A stretch of DNA of 64,000 nucleotides from Somniosus microcephalus (lineage: Eukaryota). Below, in pieces: positions 1 to 11,906 of this stretch. The position numbers and the translations under genes are program-made. The stretch covers positions 226,424,001 through 226,488,000 of the forward strand of contig CM126211.1 in assembly GCA_052327205.1 (NCBI GenBank), in the 5' to 3' direction. Below the pieces are notes generated by a model that was not told where the DNA came from, searched no databases, and saw nothing but the letters and a program-made list of their open reading frames with translations. Within the stretch, counting starts at the first letter, position 1. Every line of letters begins with the position of its first letter.

Positions 1-553
1 ATCATAGTTTCCTTTATTTAAATTCAGGACCCTAGTCTCTGAGTCAAATACTTCACTCTCCATTTAATGAAGAATTCTATCATATTATGGGGGAGCACGG
101 TGGCATAGTGGTTAGCACTGTTGCCTCACAGCGCCAGGGACCCGGGTTCAAATCCAGCCTCGGGTGGCTGTCTGTGTGGAGTTTGCACATTCTCCCCGTG
201 TTTGCGTGGGTTTCCTCCGGGTGCTCCGGTTTCCTCCCACAGTCCAAAGATGTGCGGGTTAGGTTGATTGGCTATGGTAAATTGACCCTTAGTGTTAGGG
301 GGATTAAATACGTGGGTTACGGGGATAGGGTGGGATATGTGTTGGTGTAGGGGTTATGGGGATCGGGTGGGATATGTGTCGGTGCAGGCTCGATGGGCCG
401 AAATGGCCTCTATCTGCACTCTGGGGTTTCTGTGATTTCTGTGATCGCTCCGCCCCAAGGGGCCTCGCACAACAAGATTGCTAATTAATCCTTTCTTATC
501 CCGACTCTCTGTTTTCTGTTAGTTAGCCAATCCTCTATCCAGTCTAATATATT
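1..553 (-). mobile_element. Old CR1 LINE ORF2 fragments, interrupted by a SINE
   Basis: 1-89 and 444-497 match the CR1 copy at 2741-2885; 498-553 is RT-region CR1 sequence that continues at 3470-3522. Confidence 0.75.
90..443 (+). mobile_element. tRNA-derived V-SINE (HE1-like)
   Basis: A box TGGCATAGTGG, B box GGTTCAAATCC, V-domain TGTGTGGAGTTTGCACATTCTCCCCGTG...GGTTTCCTCCCACAGTCCAAAGATG, CR1-like tail; splits a CR1 at TATTATG|ATCGCTC. Confidence 0.85.
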
Positions 554-554
554 A

Positions 555-3470
555 TAGAAACATAGGAGCAGGAGTAGGCCATTCGGCCCTTCGAACCTGC
601 TCCGCCATTCAATGAGATCATGGCTGATCATCCAAATTCAGTACCCTGTCCCTGCCTTCTCCCCATATCCCTTGATCCCTTTAGCCTTAAGAAATTTATC
701 CAACTCCTTCTTGAATATATTTAATGAACTGGCCTCCACCGCCCTCTGTGGCAGAGAATTCCACAGGTTCACCACTCTCTGGGTGAAGAAATTCCTCCTC
801 ATTTCAGTCCTAAATGGCTTACCCCTTATCCTTAGACTATGACCCCTGGTTCTGGACTCCCCGGCCATCAGAAACATCCTTCCTGCATCTAGTCTGTCCA
901 GGCCTGACAGAATTTTATAGGTTTCGATGAGATCCCCTCTCAATCTTCTAAACTCCAGTGAGTATAAGCCCAATTGACACAATCTCTCCTCATATGTCAT
1001 TCCTGCCATCCCAGGTATCAGCCTGGTGAATCTTCGCTGCACTCCTTTCATAGCAAGAATGTCCTTCCTCAGATAAGGCAACAAAAACTGCACACAATAC
1101 TCAAGGTGTGGTCTCACCAAGGCCCTGTACAACTGCAGCAAGACATCCTTGTTCCTGTACTCGAACCCCCTTGCTACGAAGGCCAACATGCCATTTGCTT
1201 TCTTAACCGCCTGCTGCACCTGCATGCTTACCTTCAGCGACTAGTGCACAAGAACACCCAGGTCTCTTTGCACTTCCCCTTCTCCCAATCTATTGCCATT
1301 CAAAAAATAATCTGCCTTCCTGTTTTTGCTACCAAAGTGGATAACCTCACATTTATCCACATTATAGTGCATTTGCCATGTTTCTGCCCAATTACCCAAC
1401 CTGTCCAAATCATACTGGAGTTCACGACATCCTCCTCACAGCATACCCTCCCACCCAGCTTTGTGTCATCTGCAAATTTGGAAATATCACATCCAATTCC
1501 CTCGGCCAGATCCTTAATATATATATTGAGAGCAGCTGGGGTCCTAGGACCGATCCTTGCGGTACCCCACTAGTCACTGCCTGCCACTTGGAAAACGACC
1601 GTTTATTCCAATTCTTTGCTTTCTGTCCGCCAACCAGTTCTCTATCCAAGTCAATACCTTGCCCCCAAACCCATGTGCCTTAATTTTGCATGCTAATCTC
1701 TTATGCGGGACCTTATCGAAAGCCTTCTGAAAGTCCAAATACACCACATCCACTGGTTCTCCCTTATCTATTTTACCAGTTACATCCTCAAAAAATTCCA
1801 GTAGATTAGTCAAGCATGATTTACCTTTTGTAAATCCATGTTGGCTTTGTCTGATCCTGTCACTGCTTTCCAAGTGCTCTGCTATTACATCTTTTACAAT
1901 GGACTCTAGCATTTTCCCCACTACCGATGTCAGGCTTACCGGTCTATAATTCCCCGCTTTTTCTCTACCACCTTTTTTGAATAGTGGGGTAACATTAGCT
2001 ACCCTCCAATCCATGGGTGCTGTTCCAGAGTCTATCGAGTTCTGGAAGATGACCAGCAATGCATCTACTATTTCTAGGGCCACTTCCTTAAGTACCCTAG
2101 GATGTAGATTATCAGGCCCTGGGGATTTATTGGCCTTCAGTCCCATCAATTTTCCTTACACCATTTCCCTAAAAATACTGATTTCTTTCAGTTCCACCCT
2201 TTCATCAGACCCTATGTTCCCCAGCATCTCTGGGAGGTTATTTGTGTCCTCCTTTGTGAAGACAGAACCAAAATATGTATTTAGTTGGTCTGCCATTTCT
2301 TTGTTCCCCATTATAAATTCCCCTGATTCTGACTGCAAGGGACCTACGCTTGACTTCACCAATCTTTTTCTCTTCACATATCTATAAAAGCTTTAACAGT
2401 CAGTTTTTATGTTCCCTGAAAGCTTACTCTCATAATCTATTTTGCCTTTCTTAATTAATCCCTTTGTCCTCCTTTGTTGAATCCTAAACCGCTCCCAATC
2501 CTCAGGATTATTGCTTTTTCTGGCCAATTTATATGTGCTCTCCTTAGATCTTATGCTATCCCTAATTTCCCTTGTTAGCCACGGTTGCGTCACCTTTTTT
2601 GTTTTATTTTTATGCCAAACTGGGATGAACAAATTCTATAGTTCATCCATTCGGTCTTTGAATGTTTGCCATTGCCTATCCACCGTCAACCCTTTGAGTG
2701 ACATTCCCCACTCAATCCTACTCAACTCGCTCCTCAGACCATCGTAGTTTCCTTTATTTAAATTGAGGACCCTAGTCTCTGAGTCAACTATTTCATTCTC
2801 CATCTTAATGAAGAATTCGATCATATTATGATCGCTCTGACCCAAGGGGCCTCGTACAACAAGATTGCTAATTAATCCTTTCTCGTTACATAATACCCAG
2901 TCTAAGATGGCCTGATCTCTGGTTGGTTCCTCGACATATTGGTCCAGGAAACCATCCCGTAAACACTCCAGGAATTCCTACTTCACAGTATTGTTACTAA
3001 TTTGGTTAGCCCAATCTATATGTAGATTAAAGTCACCCATGATGACTGCTGTGCCCTTATTGCGTGCTTCTTTAATTTCCCTTTTAATGCCATCCCCAAC
3101 CTCCGCCTTACTGTTTGGAGGTCTATATACCACTCCCACTAATGTTTTCTTCCCCTTAGTATTTCTCAATTCTACCCATACAGATTCCACATCATCAGAG
3201 CTAATATCCTTCATTACAATTGTGTTAATCCCTTCTTTAACCAGTAATGCTACCCCATCTCCCTTTCCTTTTTGCCTATCTTTCCTGAATATCGAATACC
3301 CCTGGATGTTGAGTTCCCAGCCTTGGCCATCCTTGAGCCACGTTTCCGTAATCCCAACCAAATCATATTCGTTTACCTCTATTTGCACAGCCAATTCATT
3401 CACCTTATTACAAATGCTCCTCGCATTAAGACACAAAGCCTTCAGGCTTGTTTTTTTAACGCTCTTAGAC
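555..3470 (-). mobile_element. CR1 LINE (HER1-like), near-complete degraded ORF2 (APE endonuclease + RT)
   Basis: Collinear ORF pieces 2978-3436 (CLNARS, GITETWL, MGDFN), 1574-2149 ([22 protein letters not shown]), 1422-1649 ([10 protein letters not shown]), 638-1225; CR1 3' tail at 555-640; several frameshifts/stops. Confidence 0.93.
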
Positions 3471-3522
3471 CTATTATATTACCCTCAACCCCATGAGCTC
3501 TTATCTTGTGCAGTAACCTTTT

Positions 3523-3927
3523 ATGGGGGACAAGGGCAACCCTTTGTGTACATGGCTCATGACCCCGCTCCGCGCGCCCAGGACCCCTGCGGAGGAGGCA
3601 TACAACGAAAGCCATCAAGCCACAAGGAACATCATAGAGCAAACGATTGGCGTCCTCAAGCAACGGTTCCGCTGCCTGGATCGTTCCGGCGGATCTCTAC
3701 AGTATTCGCTGGATAGAGTCTCCCAGTTCGTCGTCGTCGTTTGCTGCATGCTGCACAACCTGGCTATCCGCAGGACTCAGGCACTGCCACCTCGCGTTGG
3801 ACCACCACCTCAGGAGGACGAGCAGGAGGACCATGAGGAGGAGGAGGAGGAGGAGGAGTACCAGCCCAGGAGGGAGCCACAAGGTCCAAGGGCCGTCCGC
3901 CGGCGGCTTATTGAACAACACTTCTAG
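3523..3927 (+). pseudogene. Harbinger (HARBI1-like) DDE transposase, C-terminal remnant
   Basis: [38 protein letters not shown] followed by an acidic tail; N-terminal part absent, abutting CR1 sequence. Confidence 0.88.
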
Positions 3928-4040
3928 GCCCCCTGTCAGGGAATGGCTTGTGGCAATGAACGCACCTGAATGCAGCCGCTCCGCAAGCCCTCAGCCAGTT
4001 AACGCAACAACCACTTGAAACATGACACCTGGACAAGCTG

Positions 4041-4060
4041 AATAAATAAAAAGCTTTATT
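4041..4060. terminator. Back-to-back polyadenylation signals of the convergent Harbinger genes
   Basis: AATAAATAAA (4041-4050, + strand) next to TTTATT (4055-4060, AATAAA on - strand), between the two stop codons. Confidence 0.65.
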
Positions 4061-4342
4061 TAACAAACTCAGGGCCCTTCCCACATGAAACAGAAAAACA
4101 GACAAGACCCCCAAAAGACAGTCAAAAACATATCTCACTCCCACAACCTGGGGAGGAATAACAAAAATCGTCCATCCAATTGGCCTTCATCCTCGGCCTT
4201 ACCAAAATAAGCCCCCCCCCTCCAGAACACAAACACCCCCATATAAAAAAACATTTGCCTTCATCTTCGGCCTTACCAAAATAAGCCCCCCCCCTCCAGA
4301 ACACAAACACCCCCATATAAAAAAAACAGTTGGCAACACACT

Positions 4343-6244
4343 CTACTTGGTGTGCCGAGAGGGCGAGACCTTGTGCAGGCTTCTCCGGCCCCTGCCCGAC
4401 CTGTTGCTCCGCCTCAACCTGGGCCCTGTGGGTGTTGCAAGGCTGGGGGAAGGCTCCTGAGGGGCACAATGCGTGACGGCAGATGCCCTTGGGGGTCGGC
4501 CTAGACGAGGTCCGGCCCTGGAGGGGCCGGCTGCTGACTGCTGCAGCTGTGGCTGGCCAGCATCAGTCTCTCCAGCAGCTCGTCGCACCTTGGCTGGGGG
4601 AGTGGCAGTGGCGGCTGCAGCAATGGGGGCAAGCTGGCTGATGCCAGGCGCTCGCTGGTCGCCAGAGACACTGGCACTCGGCCGGGCTGGCACTGCAGCA
4701 AGCGCAGCAATCTGGTGAAGGCCAGACCGCTGTGCCGCAGCAGGGCGGCGGGTGCCCTGGCGATGCTTCCGTGACACAGCGAGTGTGGCAGAAGTGAGTG
4801 CGCGAACTGCCCTGGTCTGTGCCCGCATCAGATCACCCAGTGTCTGGACGGCACCACTCATGAACTCGCGACTCGCGTCCTGTGCTGCCGCGAGTTGGTC
4901 GACACCCCTGGCCTGTGCTGCCGCGAGTTGCTCGACACCCCTGGCCTGTGAGTCCCCGAAATTGGCCACACTATGAGCCACGGACTCAATGGCCTGAGGC
5001 AACTGTCCCACAACCCCCACGAACTCGTTGTGGCGCCGCTCCGAGGCCGCGGACATTTCATCAAGGAGGCGCACCTCCTGCGCGAGGACCGTCTCCGGAC
5101 TGGAGGGCGGACTCTCCCTCTGGGGAGAAGGCCGCCGAGCTGCCCGACCCTTCCCGCGTGCCTGGACGCCACTGGGCCCAGCAACTGCCCTCCCCTGCAA
5201 CACTTCCCCCCTCTGGGGAGAAGGCAGCCGTGCTGCCCGACCCTTCCCGCGTGCCTGGACGCCACTGGGCCCAGGAGCTACACCCCCCTGCAACACTTCC
5301 CCCTGGCTCTCCTCCAGGCAAGACGTGTCCCCTCCATTGCCATCCCCTGGCGCGGATGAGGGTTCCCCCGATGTGCCGCCTTCCTCTTGGTCCTCGTCGT
5401 CCTCCTCTTCCGAGGGACTGGCACTCTCAGCTTCAGGGACCTCCTCCTCACCAGCTGAAAGCAGGAAGGCACAAGAGTAGCTTTAGAGTGAGGACAGGGC
5501 GTCAGCGAGGGAGGCATGAGTGGTGCCATTATGCGCATTGGTGGGACAGTGGCAAAGGATGTAGATCTGAAGCGCAAGGGGAACCAGAGAGGTCCAAACG
5601 GTCATGTCCTTACCACTGGGTCCCAGCACAGGGTCGGCATCTCCAATAGCAACGGGGCCAGTCACCCGGCCACGCATGAGTCGAGCCACGCTCTCCTCCA
5701 GCTGACTGAGCTCCTGGAACTGGGCACGGCCTCCCCCGGTGACAGTCTGGCTCTTCAAATTCCGCGCCAGCTTGGCCTGCAAGAGAAAGGACGGCCTCTA
5801 AGTACAGTGTGGTGCCCTGTTGTTGTGTGCACTGCCTCCCATGGTCGAATAGCTTGGCCAGTGTGTTAAGTGCAGAGAGTGCTATTGATGATCATGCCAG
5901 TGCCATAGCTGCGGGAGGAGGGCTGGCCATTAGGCCTTTGAGGTCCCTTTGCCCATAATGTGAGGTGCACATGCAAGGATGAGGAGGACACTGGAAAGGG
6001 TACTCACCCTGACCAACCGACTGAGGTCGTTGTACTTCTTGCGGCATTGGTCACCAGTCCTGGGGACATCGCTGTTGGCTGACACCCTCTGGGCGATTTC
6101 CCTCCAGGCTCTCCTGTACTGCCTCCTGGGAGCCTTCTTGCCACTGTCCGGGCACAAGATCTCTCTGTTCTTTTCCAACCCCCTAAGCAGCACCCTCAAA
6201 GCATGCTCTGAGAAGCGCTGCGCTCGTTCACGGGCCTTCTGCAT
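4343..6244 (-). CDS. Harbinger Myb/SANT-like DNA-binding protein, 3 exons (6244-6008, 5776-5614, 5454-4343), 503 aa
   Basis: RFS...W.EIA..V.A...RT..QCRKKYNDL Myb/SANT motif then TGGG motif; canonical donors AGG|GTGAGT and GTG|GTAAGG, acceptors TTGCAG| and TTTCAG|; phases 0 and 1 join into a 1512-nt stop-free frame; GCCATG start context. Confidence 0.8.
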
Positions 6245-6655
6245 GGCTTCAGGCGCTATTTGGGTCCACCAGCAGTGTTCAGGCCTAGCTACAGGGCTCC
6301 ACTATCCAGGGCGTGGCTACAGACAAAGTCGACCCTTCCCCCTTTAAGAGCTGGCCGGCGTCAGGGTGTCTGCTGTCAATCAAAACATGACCGCACCTGC
6401 GCTGCGCCCGGCCTCGGCGTTATCAGTCCGCACCGCCGGCTTAGCGCCTAAAGATAGGAGTGCAACGCCAGTTTCAGCGCTCGCCCAAACTCCTTGGCCA
6501 AAGCTACTGAATTTCGGCGAAGTGGCCTCCACTTTCCGGCGGCGCCCGACTTTACCGCCCCAAAAGTGGCTATACTGAATTTCTAGGCCATTATCTTTAT
6601 TGTTTTCTTGAAAGTTGATTGATATTGATTTTGTTAAACCTCAAAGAAAGGGGGA

Positions 6656-6914
6656 TGTAATGATCAATAACATGTCATTCTATAGTGGACACTAGGTGGA
6701 GCCGTAGAGCTGTATATAGCTGTATGTATAAGACTACACTACCCAGCTGTATGTATATTAAGACTACATTACCCATGAGGCACTAGGCTACCCACAAGGC
6801 AGCAGTCAAGATGGAAGCCTCTACAGATACTGTACCTAGTCCACATGTGCTCAATAAAGTGTCTAGCAAAAGCTAGCTGTGTTCATAATAAGAATGTCTA
6901 TTTATTAATGAACA
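6656..6914 (+). mobile_element. Possible solo LTR
   Basis: TGTAAT...GAACA termini, TATA-like TATATA, AATAAA at ~6853; no matching TSD seen. Confidence 0.4.
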
Positions 6915-6960
6915 TAAGAGTCCTGATCTTCAAACACTCTCTTCCTCAGGCGACCGAAGG

Positions 6961-7270
6961 CTGGTCATGGTCTACAGAGCACTGGTCATGGTCTACAAGC
7001 TCATGGTCTACAGAGCACTGGTCATGGTCTACAAGCTCATGGTCTACAGGGCACTGGTCATGGTCTACAAGCTCATGGTCTACAGAGCACTGGTCATGGT
7101 CTACAAGCTCATGGTCTACAGAGCACTGGTCATGGTCTACAAGCTCATGGTCTACAGAGCACTGGTCATGGTCTACAAGCTCATGGTCTACAGAGCACTG
7201 GTCATGGTCTACAAGCTCATGGTCTACAGAGCACTGGTCATGGTCTACAAGCTCATGGTCTACAGAGCAG
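6961..7270 (+). repeat. 36-bp tandem repeat (about 8.5 copies) derived from RTE ORF
   Basis: Unit CTGGTCATGGTCTACAAGCTCATGGTCTACAGAGCA, translating as MVYRALVMVYKL x8, running directly into RTE sequence. Confidence 0.95.
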
Positions 7271-7908
7271 CAGTGATACCCGCCCTGCCGTATGCCTCAG
7301 AGACATGGACCATGTACAGCAGGCACCTCAAAGCACTGGAGAGGTACCACCAACACTGCCTCCGCAAGGTCCTGCAAATCCATTGGCAGGATAGGCGCAT
7401 CAACGTCAGTGTTCTCGCTCAGACCAGCATCCCCAGCATCGAAGCTTTGACCACGCTCGATCAGCTCCAATGGACGGGTCACATTGTCCGTATGCCCGAT
7501 ACGAGACTCCCAAAACAAACGCTCTACTCGGAGGTCCGACGCAGCAAGAGAGCCCCAGGTGGGCCGAGGAAACGCTTCAAGGACACCCTCAAAGCCTGCT
7601 TGAAAAAGTGCAACATCTCCACCGACACCTGGGAATCCCCGGCCCAAGACCGCACAAAGTGAAGGAGAAGCATCCGGGAAGGCGTTGAATACTTCGAGTC
7701 TCTTCGCCGGGAGCAAGCGGAAGCGAAGCGCAAGCAGCGCAAGGAGCGCACGTCAACCCAAGCACCCCACCCACCCCTTCAACCACCGTCTGCCCCACCT
7801 GTGACAGAGACGGTAGGTCCCGCATTGGACTCATCAGTCACCTGAGAACCCATTTTTAATGTGGAAGCAAGTCATCCTCAGTTCCAAGGGACTGCCTAAG
7901 AAGAAGAA
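7250..7908 (+). mobile_element. RTE-clade LINE, 3' fragment
   Basis: YASETWT...CLRKVLQIHWQDR...W.GHIVRMPDTRLPKQ.LYSE...KRFKDTLK; C-terminal CPTCDR..H zinc-finger-like segment; (AAG)n tail. Confidence 0.9.
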
Positions 7909-8170
7909 TAAAGACACAAAGGTAGGTGGAATAAAAGGAGCTTTATTTGAAAAACAAATTGTTGGTTTTCCCATTAGACATTTCCTGACAGAACAGCCAA
8001 ATTAAAACCAGACTTACTAGTTTGAGACTGGAACTTTGGCAATCCGAAGCCTGATGGTATGTCTTGCCGAGATGACCCTGGCACACCCAGTCACTGTGGG
8101 TCAAATCTCTATCAAAAAGAATCCATTGTTTAAAAAGAATGACTTGTACTGATTTGGCACTTTTAATAGG

Positions 8171-8634
8171 CTCAGGATGTCCCAAAGCATTTTACAGCCA
8201 ATGAAGTACTTTTCTGAAGTGTAGTCATTGTTGTAATGTAGGAAACGCGGCAGCCAATTTGCGCACAGCAAGCTCCCACAAACAGCAACGTGATAATGAC
8301 CAGATAATCTGTTTTAGTGATGTTGATTGAGGGATAAATATTGGCCAGGACACCAGGGGTGGTGGGGGTGGGGAGGGGTAGGCGTGGAATTCCCCTGTTC
8401 TTCTGCGAAATAGTGGCTGTGGGATCTGTTACATCCACCTGAGAGGGCAGATGGGGCCTCAGTTTCCAATGTCTCATTCGAAAGATGGCTCATTTGACTG
8501 TGCAGCACTCCCTCAGTACTGCATTGGGAGTAGTCAACTGAGATTTACGTGCATCAAGTCTCTGGAGTGGGACTGTGAACCCACGACCTTTTGACTCAGA
8601 GGTAGAGAGTGCTATCCACTGAACTATGGCTGAT
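8171..8634 (-). mobile_element. Deu-domain SINE (SacSINE1-like)
   Basis: tRNA head, TACTGAGGGAGTGCTGCAC...GATCCCA..GCCACTATTTCG core, L2-like tail; many copies in window. Confidence 0.85.
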
Positions 8635-8796
8635 AGTTAAATCTATCATTGAAAGTCTGGCCCGCTGCCCACCACTAGCAGTCACATTAACACTGCCAGG
8701 TGTAAGAATGAAAGGAGACTACCGAGATAGAGCGGGAAGCACAAAACAATCAGAAGGAACCGTAACATTTTTCTTTTAAGCAACAAAAGAAAAAAA

Positions 8797-9272
8797 AAAG
8801 AAAGACTTACATTTCTATAGCGCCTTTCACGACCACCGGACGCCCCAAAGTGCTTTACAGCCAATGAAGTACTTTTTGAAGTGGAGTCACTGTTGTAATG
8901 TGGGAAACGCGGCAGCCAATTTGTACACAGCAAGCTCCCACAAACAGCAATGTGATAATGACCAGATCATCTGTTTTAGTGATGTTGGTTGAGGGATAAA
9001 TATTGGCCTCAGGACAGCGGAGCGAACTCAGCTGCTCTTGTTTGAAATAGTGGCCATGGGATCCTTTACGTCCACCTGAGAGTGCAGACAGGGCCTCGGT
9101 TTAGCGTCTCATCCAAAAGACGGCACCTCCGACAGTGCAGCACTCCCTCAGCACTGCACTGGGTGTGTCAGCCTAGATTTTTGTGCTCAAATCGCGTGGA
9201 GTGGGACTTTGAACCCACAACCTTCTGACTCAGGCCAAGGCAAGTGTGCTACCCACTGAGTCACGGCTGACA
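8797..9272 (-). mobile_element. Deu-domain SINE (SacSINE1-like), full length
   Basis: Head TGTCAGCCGTGACTCAGTGGGTAGCAC to tail GCGCTATAGAAATGTAAGTCTTTCTTT on minus strand. Confidence 0.88.
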
Positions 9273-9481
9273 CAATAGGGGAATTTAGGGTACATGCAAC
9301 AACTTAACCCACATAAAATCACCACTTACTGTCAGGGACACCCACCAGGGATGTCTAAGTGCGCGCTATTTGTAATTTTCTACCATGTTGGAATATATTA
9401 TCTGCATGAAAAAGGAAACAACATGCATTTGTGCAGCACCTTTCACAATCTCAGGACATCCCAAAGTGCTTTGTTTTGTCT

Positions 9482-9654
9482 CTGCCGTGGCTCAGTGGGT
9501 AGCACCCTTGCCTTTGAATCAGAACGTTGTGCATTCAAGTCCCACTACAGAGACTTCGAGTGCATAATCGAGGCTGACACTCCCAGTGCGGTGCTGAGGA
9601 AGCGCTGCACTGTTGGAGGTGTTGCCTTTTGGATGAGACATTAAACCGAGGCCT
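9482..9654 (+). mobile_element. SacSINE1-like SINE, 5' half
   Basis: GCCGTGGCTCAGTGGGTAGCAC head and core up to TTAAACCGAGGCC, cut by CR1. Confidence 0.75.
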
Positions 9655-11482
9655 CATAGAAACATAGAAGATAGGAGCAGGAGTCGGCCATTCGGCCCCT
9701 CGAGCCTGCTCCGCCATTCAATGAGATCATGGCTGATCATTCAAATTCAGTACCCTGTCCCTGCTTTCTCCCCATATCCCTTGATCCCTTTAGCCTCAAG
9801 AAATATATCCAACTCCTTCTTGAATATATTTAATGAATTGGCCTCAACTGTCTTCTGTGGTAGAGAATTCCACAGGTTCACCACTCTCTGGGTGAAGAAC
9901 TTCCTCCTCATCTCTGTCCTAAATGGTTTACCTCTTATCCTTAGACTGTGACCCCTGGTTCTGGACTCACCCACCATCGGGAACATCCTTCCTGCATCTA
10001 GTCTGTCTAGTCCTGTTAGAATTTTATAAGTTTCAATGAGATCCCCTCTCATTCTTCTAAACTCTAGCGAATATAAGCCTAATCGACCCAATCTCTCCTC
10101 ATACATCATTCCTGCCATCCCAGGTATCAGTCTGGTGAATCTTCGCTGCACTCCCTCCATGGCAAGAACATCCTTCCTCAGATAAGGCGACCAAAACTGC
10201 ACACAATACTCAAGGTGTGGTCTCACCAAGGCCCTGTACAACTGCAGCACGACATCCTTGTTCCTGTACTCGAATCCTCGCGCTACGAAGGCTAACATAC
10301 CATTTGCCTTCTTAACCGCCTGCTGCACCTGCATGCTTACCTTCAGCGACTGGTGCACAAGGACACCCAGGTCTCGTTGCACTTCCCCTTCTCCCAATCT
10401 ATTGCCCTTCAGATAATAATCTGCCTTTCTTTTTTTGCCACCAAAGTGGATAACCTCGCATTTATCCACATTATACTGCATCTGCCCAATCACCCAACCT
10501 GTCCAAATCATACTGGAGTTTCTCGGCATCCTCCTCACAGCAAACGCCCACCCAGCTTTGTGTTGTCTGCAAACTTGGAGATATTACATCTAGTTCCCTC
10601 GTCTAGATCATTAATATATATTGTGAATAGCTGGGGTCCTAGCACCGATCCCTGCGGTACCCCACTAGTCACTGTCTGCCACTCGGAAAAAGAGTTGTTT
10701 GTTCCACCTCTTTGCTTCCTGTCTGCCAACCAGTTCTCTATCCAAGTCAGTACCTTGCCCCCAATCCCATGTGCTTTAATTTTACAAGCTAATCTCTTAT
10801 GCGGGACCTTATCGAAAGCCTTCTGAAAGTCCAAATACACCACATCCACTGGTTCTCCCTTATCTATTCTACCAGTTACATCCTCAAAAAATTTCAGTAG
10901 ATTAGTCAAGCACGATTTACCTTTTGTAAATCCATGTTGACTTTGTCCGATCCTGTCACTATTTTCCAAGTGCTCTGCTATTACATCTTTTATAATGGAC
11001 TCTAGCATTTTCCCCACTACCGATGTCAGGCTTACCGGTCTATAATTCCCCGTTTTCTCTCTACCACCTTTTTTAAATACTGGGGTTACATTAGCTACCC
11101 TCCAATCCATGGGAACTGTTCCAGAGTCTAAAGAATTTTGGAAGATGACCAGCAATGCATCTACTACTTCTAGGGCCACTTCCTTAAGTACCCTAGGATG
11201 TAGATTATCAGGCCCTGGGGATTTATCGGCCTTCAATTCCATCAATTTCCCTAACACCATTTCCCTACAAACACTGATTTCATTCAGTTCCTCCCTCTCA
11301 TTAGACCCTATATTCCCCGACATCTCTGGGAGGTTATTTGTGTCCTCCTTTGTGTAGACAGAACCAAAGTATGTATTTAATTGGTCAGCCATTTCTTTGT
11401 TCCCCATTATAAATTCCCCCAATTTTGACTGCAAGGGACCTACGCTTGACTTCACCAATCTTTTTCTCTTCACATATCTATA
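9655..11482 (-). mobile_element. CR1 LINE, 5'-truncated RT half
   Basis: ORFs 10535-11509 ([25 protein letters not shown]) and 9747-10538; CR1 tail. Confidence 0.93.
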
Positions 11483-11906
11483 TGCTGTTTGTGGGAGCTT
11501 GCTGTGCACAGATTAGCTGCTGCTTTTCCTACATTACAACAGTGGCCACAGTTCAAAAAAATACTTTATTGGTTGTAAAGCACTTTGGGACATACTGAGG
11601 TCATCAAAGCAAGTTCTTTTTTTCTTCGGTGACTTGAGCATCTAATCTAGGCTGATACCCCAAGCGCAGTGCTGAGGGAGTGCTGCACTGTCGGAGGTGC
11701 TGACTTTCAAATGAGACATTAAACCGAGGTCCCCATCTGCCCTCTCAGGTGGACGTAAAAGATCGCACAGCTATTATTTCGCAGAAGAGCAAGGGGATTT
11801 CAACCCCCCACCCCCATGCCCATCCCACCCTCTCCTTTACGACCACTGGACGTCCCAAAGCGCTTTACAGCCAATGACCGGATAATCTGTTTTTAATGAT
11901 GTTGAT

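Larger units (their letters stand above)
3523..6589. mobile_element. PIF/Harbinger DNA transposon, truncated on the transposase side
   Basis: Convergent HARBI1-like DDE transposase remnant (+) and Myb/SANT gene (-); CpG-rich subterminal region; putative terminus GAATTTCTAGGCC|ATT at 6589. Confidence 0.85.

Noticed and set aside
612-842. Recurrent MRSWLIIQIQYPVPAFSP ORF family (also 9721, 39934, 54418)
   Set aside because: Antisense reading of the CR1 3' end, not a gene family
3523-3927. Host HARBI1 gene
   Set aside because: Only a C-terminal remnant, embedded in a transposon with Myb partner and terminus
6961-7270. CRISPR-like appearance of tandem arrays (also 40446-44635)
   Set aside because: No unique spacers, no cas genes, vertebrate context
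6845-7276. Trp/Ser-rich repeat protein (WSWSTSSWSTEH)n
   Set aside because: Alternative frame of the 36-bp RTE-derived repeat
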